A program made the translations under genes and the position numbers. The notes beneath the pieces are model-generated. The model did not search any database, was not told the origin of the DNA, and worked only from the letters and a program-made list of their open reading frames with translations. A DNA stretch of 64,000 nt, taken from contig NC_043019.1 in assembly GCF_006345805.1 (NCBI RefSeq), positions 22,505,360 to 22,569,359 of the forward strand, read 5' to 3'. How positions within the stretch are numbered: the stretch's first letter is position 1; every line of letters begins with the position of its first letter. Of the stretch, positions 41,560 through 54,397 are shown piece by piece. Origin of the DNA: Octopus sinensis (taxonomy: Eukaryota).

Positions 41560-41897
41560 CATGGGGAATGTAAAAAGGGCACCGAACTGAAGGGGAAGGA
41601 TATTAAAAAAATTCTTTCAGAATTATAATTTCTGTTGTCTGAAACAGGGACACTAAAAATAAAAAGCCTTCAAACTCTTAATATCTTCTTTCCCCATGAG
41701 GTAGTGGTAGCTATTGGGCAAGTCCACATATGCATATACTTTAGGCTTCCACCTATAACAAGGAATAAATAACAATGGTCTTAGCACCAAATAACCGTGG
41801 GATTCCTTACTTTATATGGGTCACTATTGATTTATTCATTATCACTTGCAGTATTCTGCCCTTTACACTGGGCTTAAAGGGTCCTTAATGTTGGTTC
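41560..41897 (-). mobile_element. Highly decayed LINE reverse-transcriptase fragment, homologous to 38545-38897
   Basis: Minus strand reads ...VLRPLLFIP...VDLPNS; see the paired copy. Confidence 0.45.
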
Positions 41898-43342
41898 TGT
41901 AGTGATGACGACCTGAAGGCTTTTTTTTTTTTTTAAATAAATGGTTTATTTCATATCCATTAATTATCAAAAATGTTTTTGTGTAATGCAAAATCACACC
42001 TTTTTATCTAATGGGACAGTGAGAAAGCATATAGAAATGAGTGTAGGTAGTCAAGCTGCTAGTAATTGGTTCAATACCAAGGTCAGCCAGACAGCACATA
42101 CTCTCGTCCAAGAAGAGAGAGAGCCATTGACAGCATATTTTATCTTGTTTTAGTCATTGGACTGCAGCCATGCTAGGGCACTGCTTCAGTCAAAGAATCA
42201 ACCCCACTGCTTATTGTTTTCAGCCTGGTAACTATTCCATTAATCTTTTTATGCCAAACCACTAAGTTACAGGGATGTAAATAAAACAACACCAGTTGTC
42301 GAGCAAGGTACAGGAGGACAAGCACTAACATCCACATATGCACATACGACAGGCTTCCACAGTCCCCAATTTCAGTCTACCAAATCCACTCACAAGGCTA
42401 TAGAAGAAGACACTTGTGCAGGATGCTGTGCAGTAGGATTGAACCTGAAACCGTGTGGTTACGAAGCACACAGCCATACCTGTGAGAAACTGTATCTGGT
42501 ATGAATAAGAAAATGAGGATTTTCTGCTTTCTGTTGGTTTGATAACAAGGTTTGGTTTGAAATTTCAAAAATGTTATAATAGAATACAACAGGCAGTTAA
42601 AAGATATCGGAGGTAACACCTGCTGAAACATTGTCTCTGTAACAACTAAGGTAAAGATGCTACTCTTAATACAATAATGGTTTCAAATTTTGCCACAAGG
42701 ACAGCAATTTGGGAGGGGGACGGAGGGGATGAGTTGATTTCATTGACCCCAGTGTTCAACTGGTACTTAATTTATCAACCCTGAAAAGATGAGAGGCAAA
42801 GTCGACCTTGGTAGAATTTGAACTCAGAACGTAGCAGCAGACGAAATACTGCTAAGCATTTTGTCCGATGTGCTCACGATTCTGCTACCTTGCAGCATTA
42901 TAGTCCTAATATAATAGTAATAGTAGTTCCACATCTCAGAAATTTGTCCCCCCTCCCCCACACACACATACACGCACAACAGTCACCATTCACAAGCATT
43001 ACTCAAGAGACATGTACCATGCTTTTGCTAACTGTCTCGGGTACCAATGTTGCCACAATTAGACATAGAAACCCCTCTTGACAACACTTCCACCGTCCCC
43101 TCCCCTTTACTCAGCTGATGTGACAGCTAGAGGGGAGGGAGGGAGGGAGGGAGGGAATGGAGGAAGGGTGCAACTCGAAGTGCCTTGCACAGGTGAACAA
43201 AACGCACTGCCTGTCTCAGGAGTCGAACCCACAATCTTATGACCGTGGGCCCACTGCCCCAACTACTAGGGCACACCACACGTTTACAAAGGCAAGTGCT
43301 ACAGCCTTAAACATTGTCATGATGGCTACAAACAACTATAGC

Positions 43343-43378
<36 letters not shown>

Positions 43379-43465
43379 TGTAGGTCCCGGGTTGATTCGG
43401 GGTTAACCACAGTAAATAAGGTACTCAATACATAGCAGAGTAAAATTAATTTATATATAGAAGGA

Positions 43466-43514
43466 GCTTCTACAGGACTAGAACTGTTTCATTCAAGAGA
43501 AATCTTCAGGAAGC
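43466..43514 (-). ncRNA. Type I hammerhead ribozyme motif, inverted copy of 43614-43670
   Basis: Minus strand GCTTC-CTGAAGA-TTTCTCTTGAAT-GAAA-CAGTTCTAGTCCTG-TA|GAAGC; 5 bp stem I. Confidence 0.78.
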
Positions 43515-43613
43515 CATCATGACAATGTTTAAGGCTGTAGCACTTGCCTTTGTAAACGTGTGGTGTGCCCTAGTAGTTGGGGCAGTGGGCCCACGGTCAT
43601 AAGAGAAATCTTC

Positions 43614-43670
43614 AGGAGCTTCCTGAAGATTTCTCTTGAATGAAACAGTTCTAGTCCTGTAGAAGCTCCT
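43614..43670 (+). ncRNA. Type I hammerhead ribozyme motif, compact
   Basis: AGGAGCTTC-CTGAAGA(43623-29)-T TTC TCTT GAA T-GAAA-CAG TTCTAGTC CTG-TA|GAAGCTCCT. 9 bp stem I, 4 bp stem III, GUA triplet. Stem II opens with a U/U mismatch. Confidence 0.8.
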
Positions 43671-43918
43671 TCTATATAATAAATTATATATATATATATG
43701 TATGTATATATATATATGTATGTGTGTGTGTATGTAATGTTGTCTGTAGCAGAAAATGACATATATAGGAAACTTTTTGTAAGTTTCCTTTAGGCGTGGC
43801 TTTATATATACACATGCATATAAATATACAATATTCACGCACACATGTGTGTTTACATAAGTTAATGAAGAGGAAAAGAAGAAAAGCTGAATTTAGTAAG
43901 ACAAACATGTGCATGTAT

Positions 43919-43959
<41 letters not shown>

Positions 43960-44037
43960 CTAGAGATTGGGTCCCTCTCTCCCACCATCTTGTTGCCTCC
44001 ATAACTTCTTACAATATTATATATATATATATATATA

Positions 44038-44090
44038 TTGAGCTGAAGAAAGAAATGTCGAATGACTAATCTAGAAACGTACGTTCTCAA
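44038..44090 (+). ncRNA. Type I minimal hammerhead ribozyme motif
   Basis: TTGAG-CTGAAGA(44043-49)-A AGA AAT GTC GAAT GAC TAA TCT A-GAAA(44074-77)-C GTAC G-TT|CTCAA. Perfect 5 bp stem I, palindromic GTAC loop, GUU triplet; stem II is weak and opens with an A/A mismatch. Confidence 0.78.
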
Positions 44091-47000
44091 ATAACCTTTG
44101 CACTTGATTTTTTAATGTTTTTTCCCCCATACTTTGTGAGTTGGTTTAGGCAAACACTATCTGAGAGAGATCTTCTTTAAGTATTAGAAATAGCTGAAGA
44201 AATTTCTTTAGCTGCTATTTCTAATGAGTTCAGTATGTGGCAAAGTAATTTATTTTACTAAGCCCTTATATATAATGTATATATATATATATATATATTG
44301 TAACTTTCTTTCCAAAAATACGTTTTCTGGTGTGTAAATTACGATTACGTTAACATTTAACGGGGGTGGGGGAGAATTAGAAATGGTGGTGGTTGGTCGA
44401 TTATTTTCCTCCCCTCCTAGCTCTGCCTTTTTATTATTTTTTTTTTTTAAATGACAAAAATGCCATTTAAAATATATGCATTTTAAAGAAGTGGGGAAAT
44501 GGTTACAGGAAGAAGATGGAATGATCCAAAATTCCTTTAGAAGATATTAAGAAAAAGTCGGAATGTGGAGGCGGGGATTACTGTGTAGTTATGCTTATAT
44601 CTATATTGTGTGTTTTAGTTGTCGGTAATTAATCTAATTTCTAAATAAACTGTTCAGTTTGCACTAGATGCGACACGCTGCGATGACGTTGAACTTGCTA
44701 GAAATAGCAGTCGATTTTTTTTGTGTGTGTGTGAAATATTCACTGGCTTATAAAAAAAGGAAGATCGCAATGGTCCCTGGTGTCTTGGACTGGACCTTGT
44801 CTTTGTTTAATTTGGAATTAAACAATGCAACACGACCGAGTTTGTGATGTTGAGAAAGAGATGGAGGCAACGAATGAGGATGAATAAACCTCCGTTAGTT
44901 ACCGGTACATAATTATTGCATTTTCCTTTTTTTTTTAAATAGCATATTTGTACATCATACCAGGCCAGAAGTGAACCAAAACTAGCTGTACAAGTATTCT
45001 GCCTAGGTCGACTTTGCCTTTTATCCTTTTCGGGGTCAATAAAATAAAGTACTACTCAAGTACTGGAGTGGATATAATTGACTTATCTCGTCTCCTAAAA
45101 TCGCCCCAAATTTCAGGCCCTGAGCCTATAGTAGAAAGCATAATAATAATAATAATGATGATAATAATTAATTCGTTTATTGGCCACAAGGGCTGACAAA
45201 AATTAATTAAAACATAAAGGGACAAAACACAGGACGAAAGTTACAAAGGGTTTTGTCCTTTTGCAAAAATCCGTGTAAAAATTGAAATTCCCAAATAATA
45301 ATAATTATTATTATTATTATTATTATATATGGATTTGAGCAACACAAGATACAAGACCAACTTCTGAATGACAATTCATCGAAGAGTTCAATATCGCCAT
45401 CGTACTCAGTATCTGTTGAGCGAACCGAAAGTAACATGAAATGAAGTGCTTTTATTAAGGACGCAATGCACAACCCGGTCTGAGAATCGAACCACTACAT
45501 TATGATCGTTAGAGACTGGCATTCAAACTACTAGACATAAAATATTACTCTACACGTGTCATGGTGTTGAAGAAATAAACTTCCGAATAATCAGTTTTCG
45601 TGATTGAGAAACGTCAAGAATTTTTGACAACTTGTCAAAGACTTTATGAAACCAAAAAAGAACCCAGCAAGCCGTAACTTTGAAGTCGTTGTCAACCTTT
45701 CCCTAGAAGTTTTAAAAACTATAGATGTCTATAAGTGTGTGTGTGTGCGCGCGCGCACCCTGGGTATGATTTGAAGCTATATCCGGTAGTGAGGGCTCTG
45801 GCACGCCCGTCGCTAGGAAGGAGGATACTGGACGATACAGCACCTTCACTACTCAATGGTGCACACACTGATTTAGAAAATACAGTTTAGAAAATTTTTC
45901 TGCAATAGTGCCCACCCAGAATATTGTGAAGCACCCCCAGGCACCAAAGTCTGGCGATGGGTCAGGGCCCTAGTAGGCGAGTTCAAAGGTTTTGAGGAGT
46001 GTGGAACCAGCTCTTGGCCACTATTGTTTACAGGTCTGCTCTGGCCTGGAGTAGTAGCACATGTTAAGGTTCCAGCTATAGGTTAACTAGCTTGTGAACC
46101 ACTGAGAATAAAGACTTCCCAGTTCCTGTAAGAACGGGGAGAAAGTAAGCTAGTATAAATAAATAAAAATTGAACAGCAGTCGGATTCTGGTCGCCTCAA
46201 CCTCTGTTTGTGTCACTGATTTTCTAGCTGATTACGCAGAAAAATGGGTTCAATGCTGCGCAACACTTCATCCGCTCAAAAGAAATTCGCTCACAAAAAC
46301 TTCTTGGACTCTTGGAATGTTAACTTCCCCATACAAATATATATATATATATATGTGTGCGTGTGTGTATTGTATGTACGTATATAAGATAGTTAATAAT
46401 GCTACAGGAGTTAGTCAAAGACTTGCAGTTTCGTATCAAAACACTTGTCAAACTGAAAGAGAAAACCTGAGGAAAAAATAGAATATTCTAGAAAATACGC
46501 GTTGGCGTTATATACACCCGCTGTATGCATGCATACATATACATATCTGTGTGAAGAGAAAGATAAATGTTTGCATACATAAAGTGTGTGTGTGTGTGTT
46601 ATATTTATAAATATATACATACACGCATTTTATCGACATCGGGTAGAATTTGAACTCAGAAACCGCAGTCGATAAAATCACTCAAGTTCAAGGTCGATAT
46701 AATTGCTGTAACATGGCCACAAGTCCAGCGACCGACAATGGCATAAATAAAATGACGACTGTGTTTTCCGTATTTCTTCATCAGTGCCTTAGTTTATTTA
46801 ATTAGAACGTCCCTAGCTATGTCCAAGAGCAAACCTTATCAAAGCCAGTCCAGTCATGACCACCCCTTCAGTTTCGGGGAGTATCTAAAACTTACATTCA
46901 CCAATGTATTTCATCTTTAATTATGACAGAAGGATTTGGATTTTATATCAGCAGGTCAAAAGACCGACCACACAGAATGGCTCCAACGGACAAAGTTGCT

Positions 47001-48774
47001 GTTTAGCCCAAGGTCAACTGTGAGCGAGAAGATTGACGATCACAAGCACTCTGGTCATGACCACCCTGTTTTTTTAACTCTATCTAAAACTGCATAGAAC
47101 TGTGTCCTTCGACCCTTTCCTTAAAGCAGAAGAGTGCGATTTAAGAAAATAGTTGTTTTTTTTTTTATTCTCAGGTCAGCTTTAATCGAGTAAGATCTAC
47201 GACCACAAGGATTTCTCGCCGTGACAATCCTGTTCTTTTCGTATGTGCAGGGAAACCCTGTATGACAGGGTGTAATCTGAGGGTATATGGGCTATTATTT
47301 CTAGCATGCCGAGCGACTACGTAAAGACTGGTGGTGTGTCAACTACAACGTTCAGACGTACGTGCATGTTCTTTACTAAAAGAATGTGACCCAGTCTGTC
47401 TGTCTATAGATAGATAGATAGCCCAACTGATTTCAGATTCCAGGTAGTGAAGGGAGGCGTGGACGCACTGAGCAGTGCAAGTTGCCCGAGGGTCGCCCCT
47501 CGAGTTTAGGAGTCCAATGCTAACAACCTGCGTACGTTCAGTGTCGTTACCTAGTGATGGCAGAGCATTGTACTGCTCGGGAGCTTAAAATAGTTAGACG
47601 ATCCTACACACACACTCACACATACACACTTGTCAATCGCTCGATCAATCACTAAGGACGAAAAGTTACAAATGACAGGTGTTCAAAAATAAAATGTTCA
47701 CAAATAACTCCGAAGGTGAATCGTTGGCTGGACCATATATGCGTGTGTGTGTGTGTGTTTTAATCTCGAGTTATAACAAAAACAATTCTACATTAAAATA
47801 AAGGATTACTCAAATTTTGTAGAGTACATATTTATTATTCTTTTACAAAGAAATGTGTTGACTGACTTTGAAGTTTCGGCCTGTTAGCATGCATTTAGCT
47901 ATATATATATATAAGCACGAATTTATGTCTATATACACTCACTATAACGTATATACATTCATTCAACTATCTATACACACGTATCAATTTATATATCTAC
48001 ACACGTATATATACACTCAACTTTCTATCTATGCACAAACTATCTAATATTAATTATACGCACGCACTCACACACACACACATGTTAATCACAGTACCAA
48101 AAGCAACAACAAGACTAATATGAAGAACGAAGTATAAACAGCCAGTCGGGTAACTGACGATGAAGCTTCTTGTGTGATGGCTCGACCTGTTAGAAATAGC
48201 AGCCAAATATATCTCAAATCATAGTCTACAGCCTAAGGAAAAGAAATGACACACTTGACCATGTCAGTCAGTCCTACACACACCCTTCAATAGACAGGAT
48301 GATCGTGATTGGAGTGTTGGAATGTTTTTGTGCATAGGTGTTTTCTAATCTGGATTGACCTGGGTTTAAACAACACCAACAATAACGAGGGAGCCATCGG
48401 GTGGTCACTCGACCTGCTAGAAATAGCAGGCAAACAGTCCTCAATTCGCACCGCATCGTTTTCTTTCTTTTGTTTTTTTTTAAAAAAGAAACTACATTGG
48501 ATCGTGTCGGATGCCGCTTAGAAAACTATATAAGAAATGATGGTCCAGGCTAGAATACTTTTGCTCAGGGTTTGTTCTGTCGCGACTGACTTGGGGCTAA
48601 ATGCCAAAACATCAACCGTCACATTGTCATCTCCTCTTCTTATCCTTCATCCTCATCCAGACATCCAAACAAAGATACAATGGAAGGGGTTGCAATGAGG
48701 AAGGGTAAGTCATGAGAGTTAGGGTGGGTGAAGAAGAAAAAAAAGCGAGAGGTTCAAGAGATTTGCTTGCTTAC

Positions 48775-48950
48775 CTTTTCAAATGCGCCAGCCTTGCTTC
48801 CTCACTTTCAATGTAGTCTTTGAGTAGAATCGCTATCTCCTGTTCAGTTTGTAGTGTCTTTTCGAGTTCCACCATAGCTGTGAAAACCTCCGATCGAACC
48901 GTGTGTAGGGCGACCACAAGACACAGGCAGACATGTGCCAGAAGATGCAT
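48775..48950 (-). CDS. P4HA: Prolyl 4-hydroxylase alpha subunit, first coding exon (signal peptide and N-terminal domain)
   Basis: Minus-strand translation from ATG at 48950: MHLLAHVCLCLVVALHTVRS-EVFTAMVELEKTLQTEQEIAILLKDYIESEEARLAHLK. Hydrophobic signal peptide followed by a typical P4HA N-terminus (EvFTA..L..L...E......LKDYI..EE.RL). 176 bp, ends AG|GTAAGC (phase 2). Not in the ORF track. Confidence 0.92.
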
Positions 48951-51207
48951 TTTGGGGTTTTTAATTATTATTATTATTAATATTTACTCGTGGAATGCGT
49001 GATGTGAGTATGTTGTGATGTGTGTGTGTGTATTATATTAATGTATATACATATATATATATATTTATATATTAATGCATATATGATGTATATTATGTTT
49101 ACATATACGATTATGTGTTATGATATAGGTGTGTGTATGTATATATATATGCATATATGATACGTATTATCTATGTGTCTACATAAATATATGATATGTG
49201 TTGTGGATATGATACGCGATGTGTGTGCGTGACCGAGCTCCTTCTAGATATAAGAAAAAGTGTTGACGGTGATGAATTATTACTGCTGATGATGTGGATT
49301 GTAAATATTGTTTGGATCCGCTGTGTGTTGCTTTTTCTAACTGGTGATGGTGGTGGTTGTTGTTGTTATGCTTGTGGTGATAGTAACAGTAGTGGTAGTG
49401 AATTGCTTTTTTTTTTTGTTTTGTTTCTTTTTTACTTTTTGCTTCTAGTCTTGGTGTTTTCTTTCTAGAAAACCAATAGTCGTAGTAGTGATGGTGGTGG
49501 TGGTAGTAGTAAGAGTTGTAGTAGTAGTATTGATGGTAGTGATGATGATGATGATGTTGGTAGTGGTGGTGATAACCTTGCCGGGATATGTATTTTAGGG
49601 AGGGGTTCTATGTGAATTATGAGGAAACGAAGAGAATGTCTCGTATAAGATAAAAAGGAAGGAAGGAAAAAGTTTAGAAGTGCGTGTGGGTGAAGAATAT
49701 GACAATTGTATGCATATATATATATGTGCGTGTGTATGTATGTATGTATGAGATGGCGAGAGATGATGAGTTTTGTGAAAGAGTTTTGTGACAAGGTGAG
49801 AGAAAAGGAAAGACTTTGTTATAAAGGAACAAGGAAGATATATTTTGAAATATTAAGATATATTCTGATATCTTAAGGAAAAAAAAAGTAATACACGTTA
49901 GATCGAGACAAAAAGGAATATGTGTGCGGAGAGATGATCGAAAGCTAATTAGTAAAACGGACCCTGAAATTAATTAAATATTACATCTTCTACCGTTATT
50001 AATATTTCTACTAACGATTGCAACATCAACAACAACAGTAGCAATAAAAGAAGTGTTTGTGAGTCGTTGTTAAACTTTTGGGATTTTTTTGTTTTCCTGA
50101 AAAGTTTAGCAATAAAAATGGTTTTAGTTTTGTTCGCTTTTGGTGTTGGCTTTCTTTTTAGCTTATTATTTTTTTGGTTTTAAAAAAAAAGTGCTGTGAA
50201 AGCCAAAGTGGTTCTGGTGAAATGGTCGAATGTTTGGTGCTAAAATAGGAAGAATGATGTGGAGAAAGAATATATTAGGTGAATGAGTGAGAAAGACAGC
50301 TAGAGGATGTGAGAGAGGGAGAGAGGGATAAGTAGATTCACGTGTGTTTGAGTGAGAGAGAAAGCGATGAGAGGGAAGGGAATGGAATTAGAGAAGAAAA
50401 GAGATAAAGAGGAGGAGGAAATTCTAGAAAGGGGTGAAATTACGACTGGGTGGTGGAAGTAGATAGAGAGACAGACAAATGTTTAGAGTGGGAGGAAGAA
50501 ATGAAGGGTGTCGAGAGAGGGAGGGAGTAATAGTTATTGAGAGAAGGGGGAAAGTGTTTCAGGGAATGAGACATTAGGGGACATCAACAAAAGAGAAAGT
50601 GTATAAAATACATAAAAGGAGAGAGGGGGGAACTACTGAGGTGAAGAATGTAACGAAGGGTGAGGGTAAAAGTGTTAAATATTGTAATAGTAGTAGCTGT
50701 GAGAGAGTGAAAAAGTGAGTAGGGTTAATGAAACAAGAAGATAGACGGAAAACTCGATAAATGCATATAAAAATATATCAAGATGGTTAATGAATAAGAG
50801 AACTAGATTTATGGTTAGAAATATTGATAAATAGTAAAAGGAAAAAGTGAAGGGTAAGGTTTTGGGGAGAGAGAGAGAGAGAGAGGGTGTTTGAATGAGT
50901 GATGTAAAAATAGGAGTGGAGATATGGAAATTGTAAATGAAAGGAAACTGGAGAAAGAGAAGGGGGTAGGAAGAGAATCAAAAAGCAGTGTGGAAGACGG
51001 CGAAACGAAACGTTTCTAGTTTTGAGTGGTTGATAGGACGACGTTCTAGTGACTGTCGTGGCACTTCGTAGAAATTATTTTGCATTTATTTATTTTGTAA
51101 ATCTACTTGTTGCCAAAATGAATATCAAATTGTCATATAAAATGTTTCTTCTCATCAATATAGAATTGTTTTTTATTTATTTTTATTGTTATTTATTTTA
51201 AAGAGAG

Positions 51208-51246
<39 letters not shown>

Positions 51247-52447
51247 AAAAGTTATTTTTTATTTTGTTAGTAAATATGCATATATTTGCTTTCATATGTA
51301 AAATTTATTAAACATACACTTATGTATAAAAACAAGTAATACAAAATCGTTAACGAAACGAAACCTATATATAATTTTCACTGAACTGAGCGCAACGATT
51401 CATTTATGGACGAAAACATCAAAATCCTGGGTAGTGAAGATTAGTTGTTAGTAATTTTTTCTTGGAATCTTATGTTTAGCTCTGGGTCACCCTTCAACGA
51501 GCATACTTGTGATGTGAGGCAGCCCATTATGCTCATCTCTTTTTTTTAAACACTTGTCTAGGTCTACAGTACCCAATATTTTTCTCTTTTACCCCCTAAT
51601 TTTTTTAAAGGATGAGTTATGATTAGAGGGAATTTGGTTTGCTCTTTCTAGCTGATCGAGTGACATAGAGATTCTCTTCGAAGCTGATAAACAGGGGGGC
51701 ATATCGTGGTTCGAAGCATTGTACTTCTTGGATCATGTATTAAAAAAATAACTGCATGCACGTTAGCATTTTGTTATCTCCAAATCGCTCCTGAATATCT
51801 CCGATCAAAGGCATTCCAATCATGACCACACTGTCTTTTTTTTTTTTTTATTCTCCCCTTAGGCATAGTCTACCCAGGCTACTGTTGCAACCATGTCGAC
51901 CGACGACATCACGTAGAAGCCTTCTGTTATTCATATGATCATCTGTTATCGTCAGTATTTGAAACTTAAACTTCAGGAACGTGGGTGGAGGGTCGTTCGG
52001 TGACTGGATATCCTGAACAAGTGGAATTTCAGCATGTGTGTATGTACGCGCGAGCATGTTAAAACTTCGTGACCCTCCAACTACAAAAAGAAATAAAAGC
52101 GCCAACGTCATCACTTTCTGAAATACTAACCGTTTTCTTTCTAGAAGAAACGGTGACGGAACCTATATGTGGCTGCTAGATATAGCAACCAATTTTCCCT
52201 CAAATCACCACCACAACCATCGCCTTAACATCTTAAAAACAAAGCCACCTTAGTATGTCTTGTAAACAGGACACGTTGGATAATATAGTCCTAGATATAG
52301 AGTACTGAGTGATCACAAATCTGGTTGATTTTGATGTGGCAGATTTGTTAAGAGAACAAAATGCCCGCAGTCTCGAGTCATAATCCTTTACACGTTCGGA
52401 GTTCGAATCCCGCTGAAATCAACCTTGCCTTTGTTTCATCCAGGGTT

Positions 52448-52510
<63 letters not shown>

Positions 52511-52838
52511 TATTTACAGAGTTTACGATCGTGAGGTTGTGAGTTCGAATCCCGGACCGGGCTGCGTGGTGTGTTCTTGAGCAAGACACTTTATTTCACG
52601 TTGCTCCAGTTCACTCAGCTGTAGAAATGATCAGCCCCTTTGCCTTTCCCTTGGATAACACTGGTGGCGTAGAGAGGGGAAGCCTGTATGCATGAACGAA
52701 TGCTGGTCTTCCATAAACAACCTTGCTCGGACTTTTGCCTGGGAGGGTAACTTTCTAGGTGCAATCCCACTGTCAGTCATGACCAAAGGGGGTCTCAGCA
52801 ATGTATTTACATGAAGTTAGATATATGTCCAGTCATAG

Positions 52839-52896
52839 AGTGGCCGATGGTTTTGCATCCATAAAGCACTTAGCTTTATACACGACTCATCAGACT
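52839..52896 (-). ncRNA. Decayed hammerhead ribozyme motif
   Basis: Minus strand AGT-CTGATGA-G..TATAAAGC TAAGT GCTTTATG..C-AAAA-CCATCGGCC|ACT. Stems retained, but GAAA is now AAAA and the U of NUH is C. Confidence 0.45.
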
Positions 52897-53964
52897 TATC
52901 CATTGGAATCTGACAAGTCGTCTATAAAGCTAAGTGGTTGTAGAGGGACAAACAGAGATATACACACATGTATGTATACATATATATGACGGGCTTCTTT
53001 CAGTTTCCACTCACAAGGCTTTGGACAGCCCAAGGTTATAGTAGAAGATACTTGCCATGCAGTGGGTCTGAACCCAGAACCACATGGTTGGGCCACCAAC
53101 ATCTTGCCACACCTGTGCCTATATTAATCCTGGAAGTTCTGCAATACCAGGCCAACCTGTGGCATAGGTGGAGCAAGCCTCTAACTTTTCATCTCTTTCT
53201 AAACATCAGTTTAATAGGGACTGTATCAGAGATTAAGCTGACAAGAATCAAATATTATTAGGAATTGTACAAAAAAATTGTTAAACTATTTTGTATAGGT
53301 GCAGGAGTGGCTGTGTGGTAAGTAGCTTGCTTACCAACCACATGGTTCCGGGTTCAGTCCCACTGGATGGCATCTTGGGGAAGTGTCTTCTACTATAGCC
53401 TCAGGCTGACAAACGCCTTGAATGGATTTGGTAGACAGAAACTGAAAGAAGCCCATTGTATATATGTGTATATAAATATATATATATATGTGTGTGTGTA
53501 TGTTTGCGTGTCCATGTTTGTCCCCCTAGCATTGCTTAACAACTGATGCTGGTGTGTTTATGTCCCCATAACTTAGCGGTTCAGCAAAAGAGACTGATAG
53601 AATAAGTACTGGGCTTACAAAGAATATGTCCTGGGCTCGATTTGCTCGACTAAAGGCGGTACTCCAGCATGGCCGCAGTCAAATGACTGAAACAAGTTGA
53701 AGAGTATCTTGTAGAAGTATAACCAATTTATTGTAGATAGATTTTTTAAAAATCTTATATGGATTCCGATTGAGAACTATTGCTCTAAACCATCAATATG
53801 TCTCATTCCACCCTGCAAGTGGCTGCTCTGTGTGGTGAGCATACTTTGCACACCCTATGCTACACTACTTCCGTAATGCCTTTGATCATGGCAAGACTGG
53901 CCCAGGGTTAAACTAAGATGATGAATACACCAGCATCAGTTGTCAAGCGATGTTGGGGGGACAA

Positions 53965-53991
<27 letters not shown>

Positions 53992-53995
<4 letters not shown>

Positions 53996-54397
53996 AGTAA
54001 ATGAAAGAATGGAGTCGAACAACGATTTTAACAAAATTCCTTTACTCTCGACATATGTTTCGAAGACTGCATATTCTTAATTCCGAAGGAATAAAGGGTG
54101 CATTATGCCGCCTTCTCATCAGGAAAGACTGAGAAGGCGGCATAATGCACCCTTTATTCCTTCGGAATTAAGAATATGCAGTCTTCGAAACATATGTCGA
54201 GAGTAAAGGAATTTTGTTAAAATCGTTGTTCGACTCCATTCTTTCATTTACTTATAGTTAAAAAAAACACAAATTTCCACACGAGAACACGGGATTTCTG
54301 CCCTTGGCATCTAGCTTCAACTGTGTTTTTTGACGTGAATTTGCTACCCAGGTATCGGTTAACCGAATTATCCATACTAGGATAATTCATTCACCTA

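Larger units (their letters stand above)
43381..43686 (-). mobile_element. Hammerhead-bearing insertion with captured inverted flank
   Basis: Lies between two TA-rich tracts; two inverted hammerhead copies separated by an inverted copy of 43235-43327. Confidence 0.7.

Noticed and set aside
41697-41760. let-7-like TGAGGTAGTGGTAG with a weak hairpin
   Set aside because: Diverges from the invariant let-7 sequence after 9 nt, pairs poorly, and lies in a decayed LINE fragment whose paralogue at about 38715 lacks the seed.
38545-41920. Paralogous pair (38545-38897 and 41560-41897) as intronic snoRNAs, including GTGATGA..CTGA at about 41902-41916
   Set aside because: Homology spans about 340 bp and the minus strand retains reverse-transcriptase-like motifs; no consistent C/D or H/ACA architecture in both copies.
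46462-46510. CTGAGGA...TAGAATATTCTA-GAAAATACGCGTT as a hammerhead
   Set aside because: Extra bases in the GAAAC junction and no stem I; at most a heavily decayed relic.
46750-46790. Minus-strand CTGATGA-AGAAATACG-GAAAAC
   Set aside because: No pairing for stems I or II; chance match. The same applies to CTGANGA hits at about 17521, 18420, 29606 and 32288.
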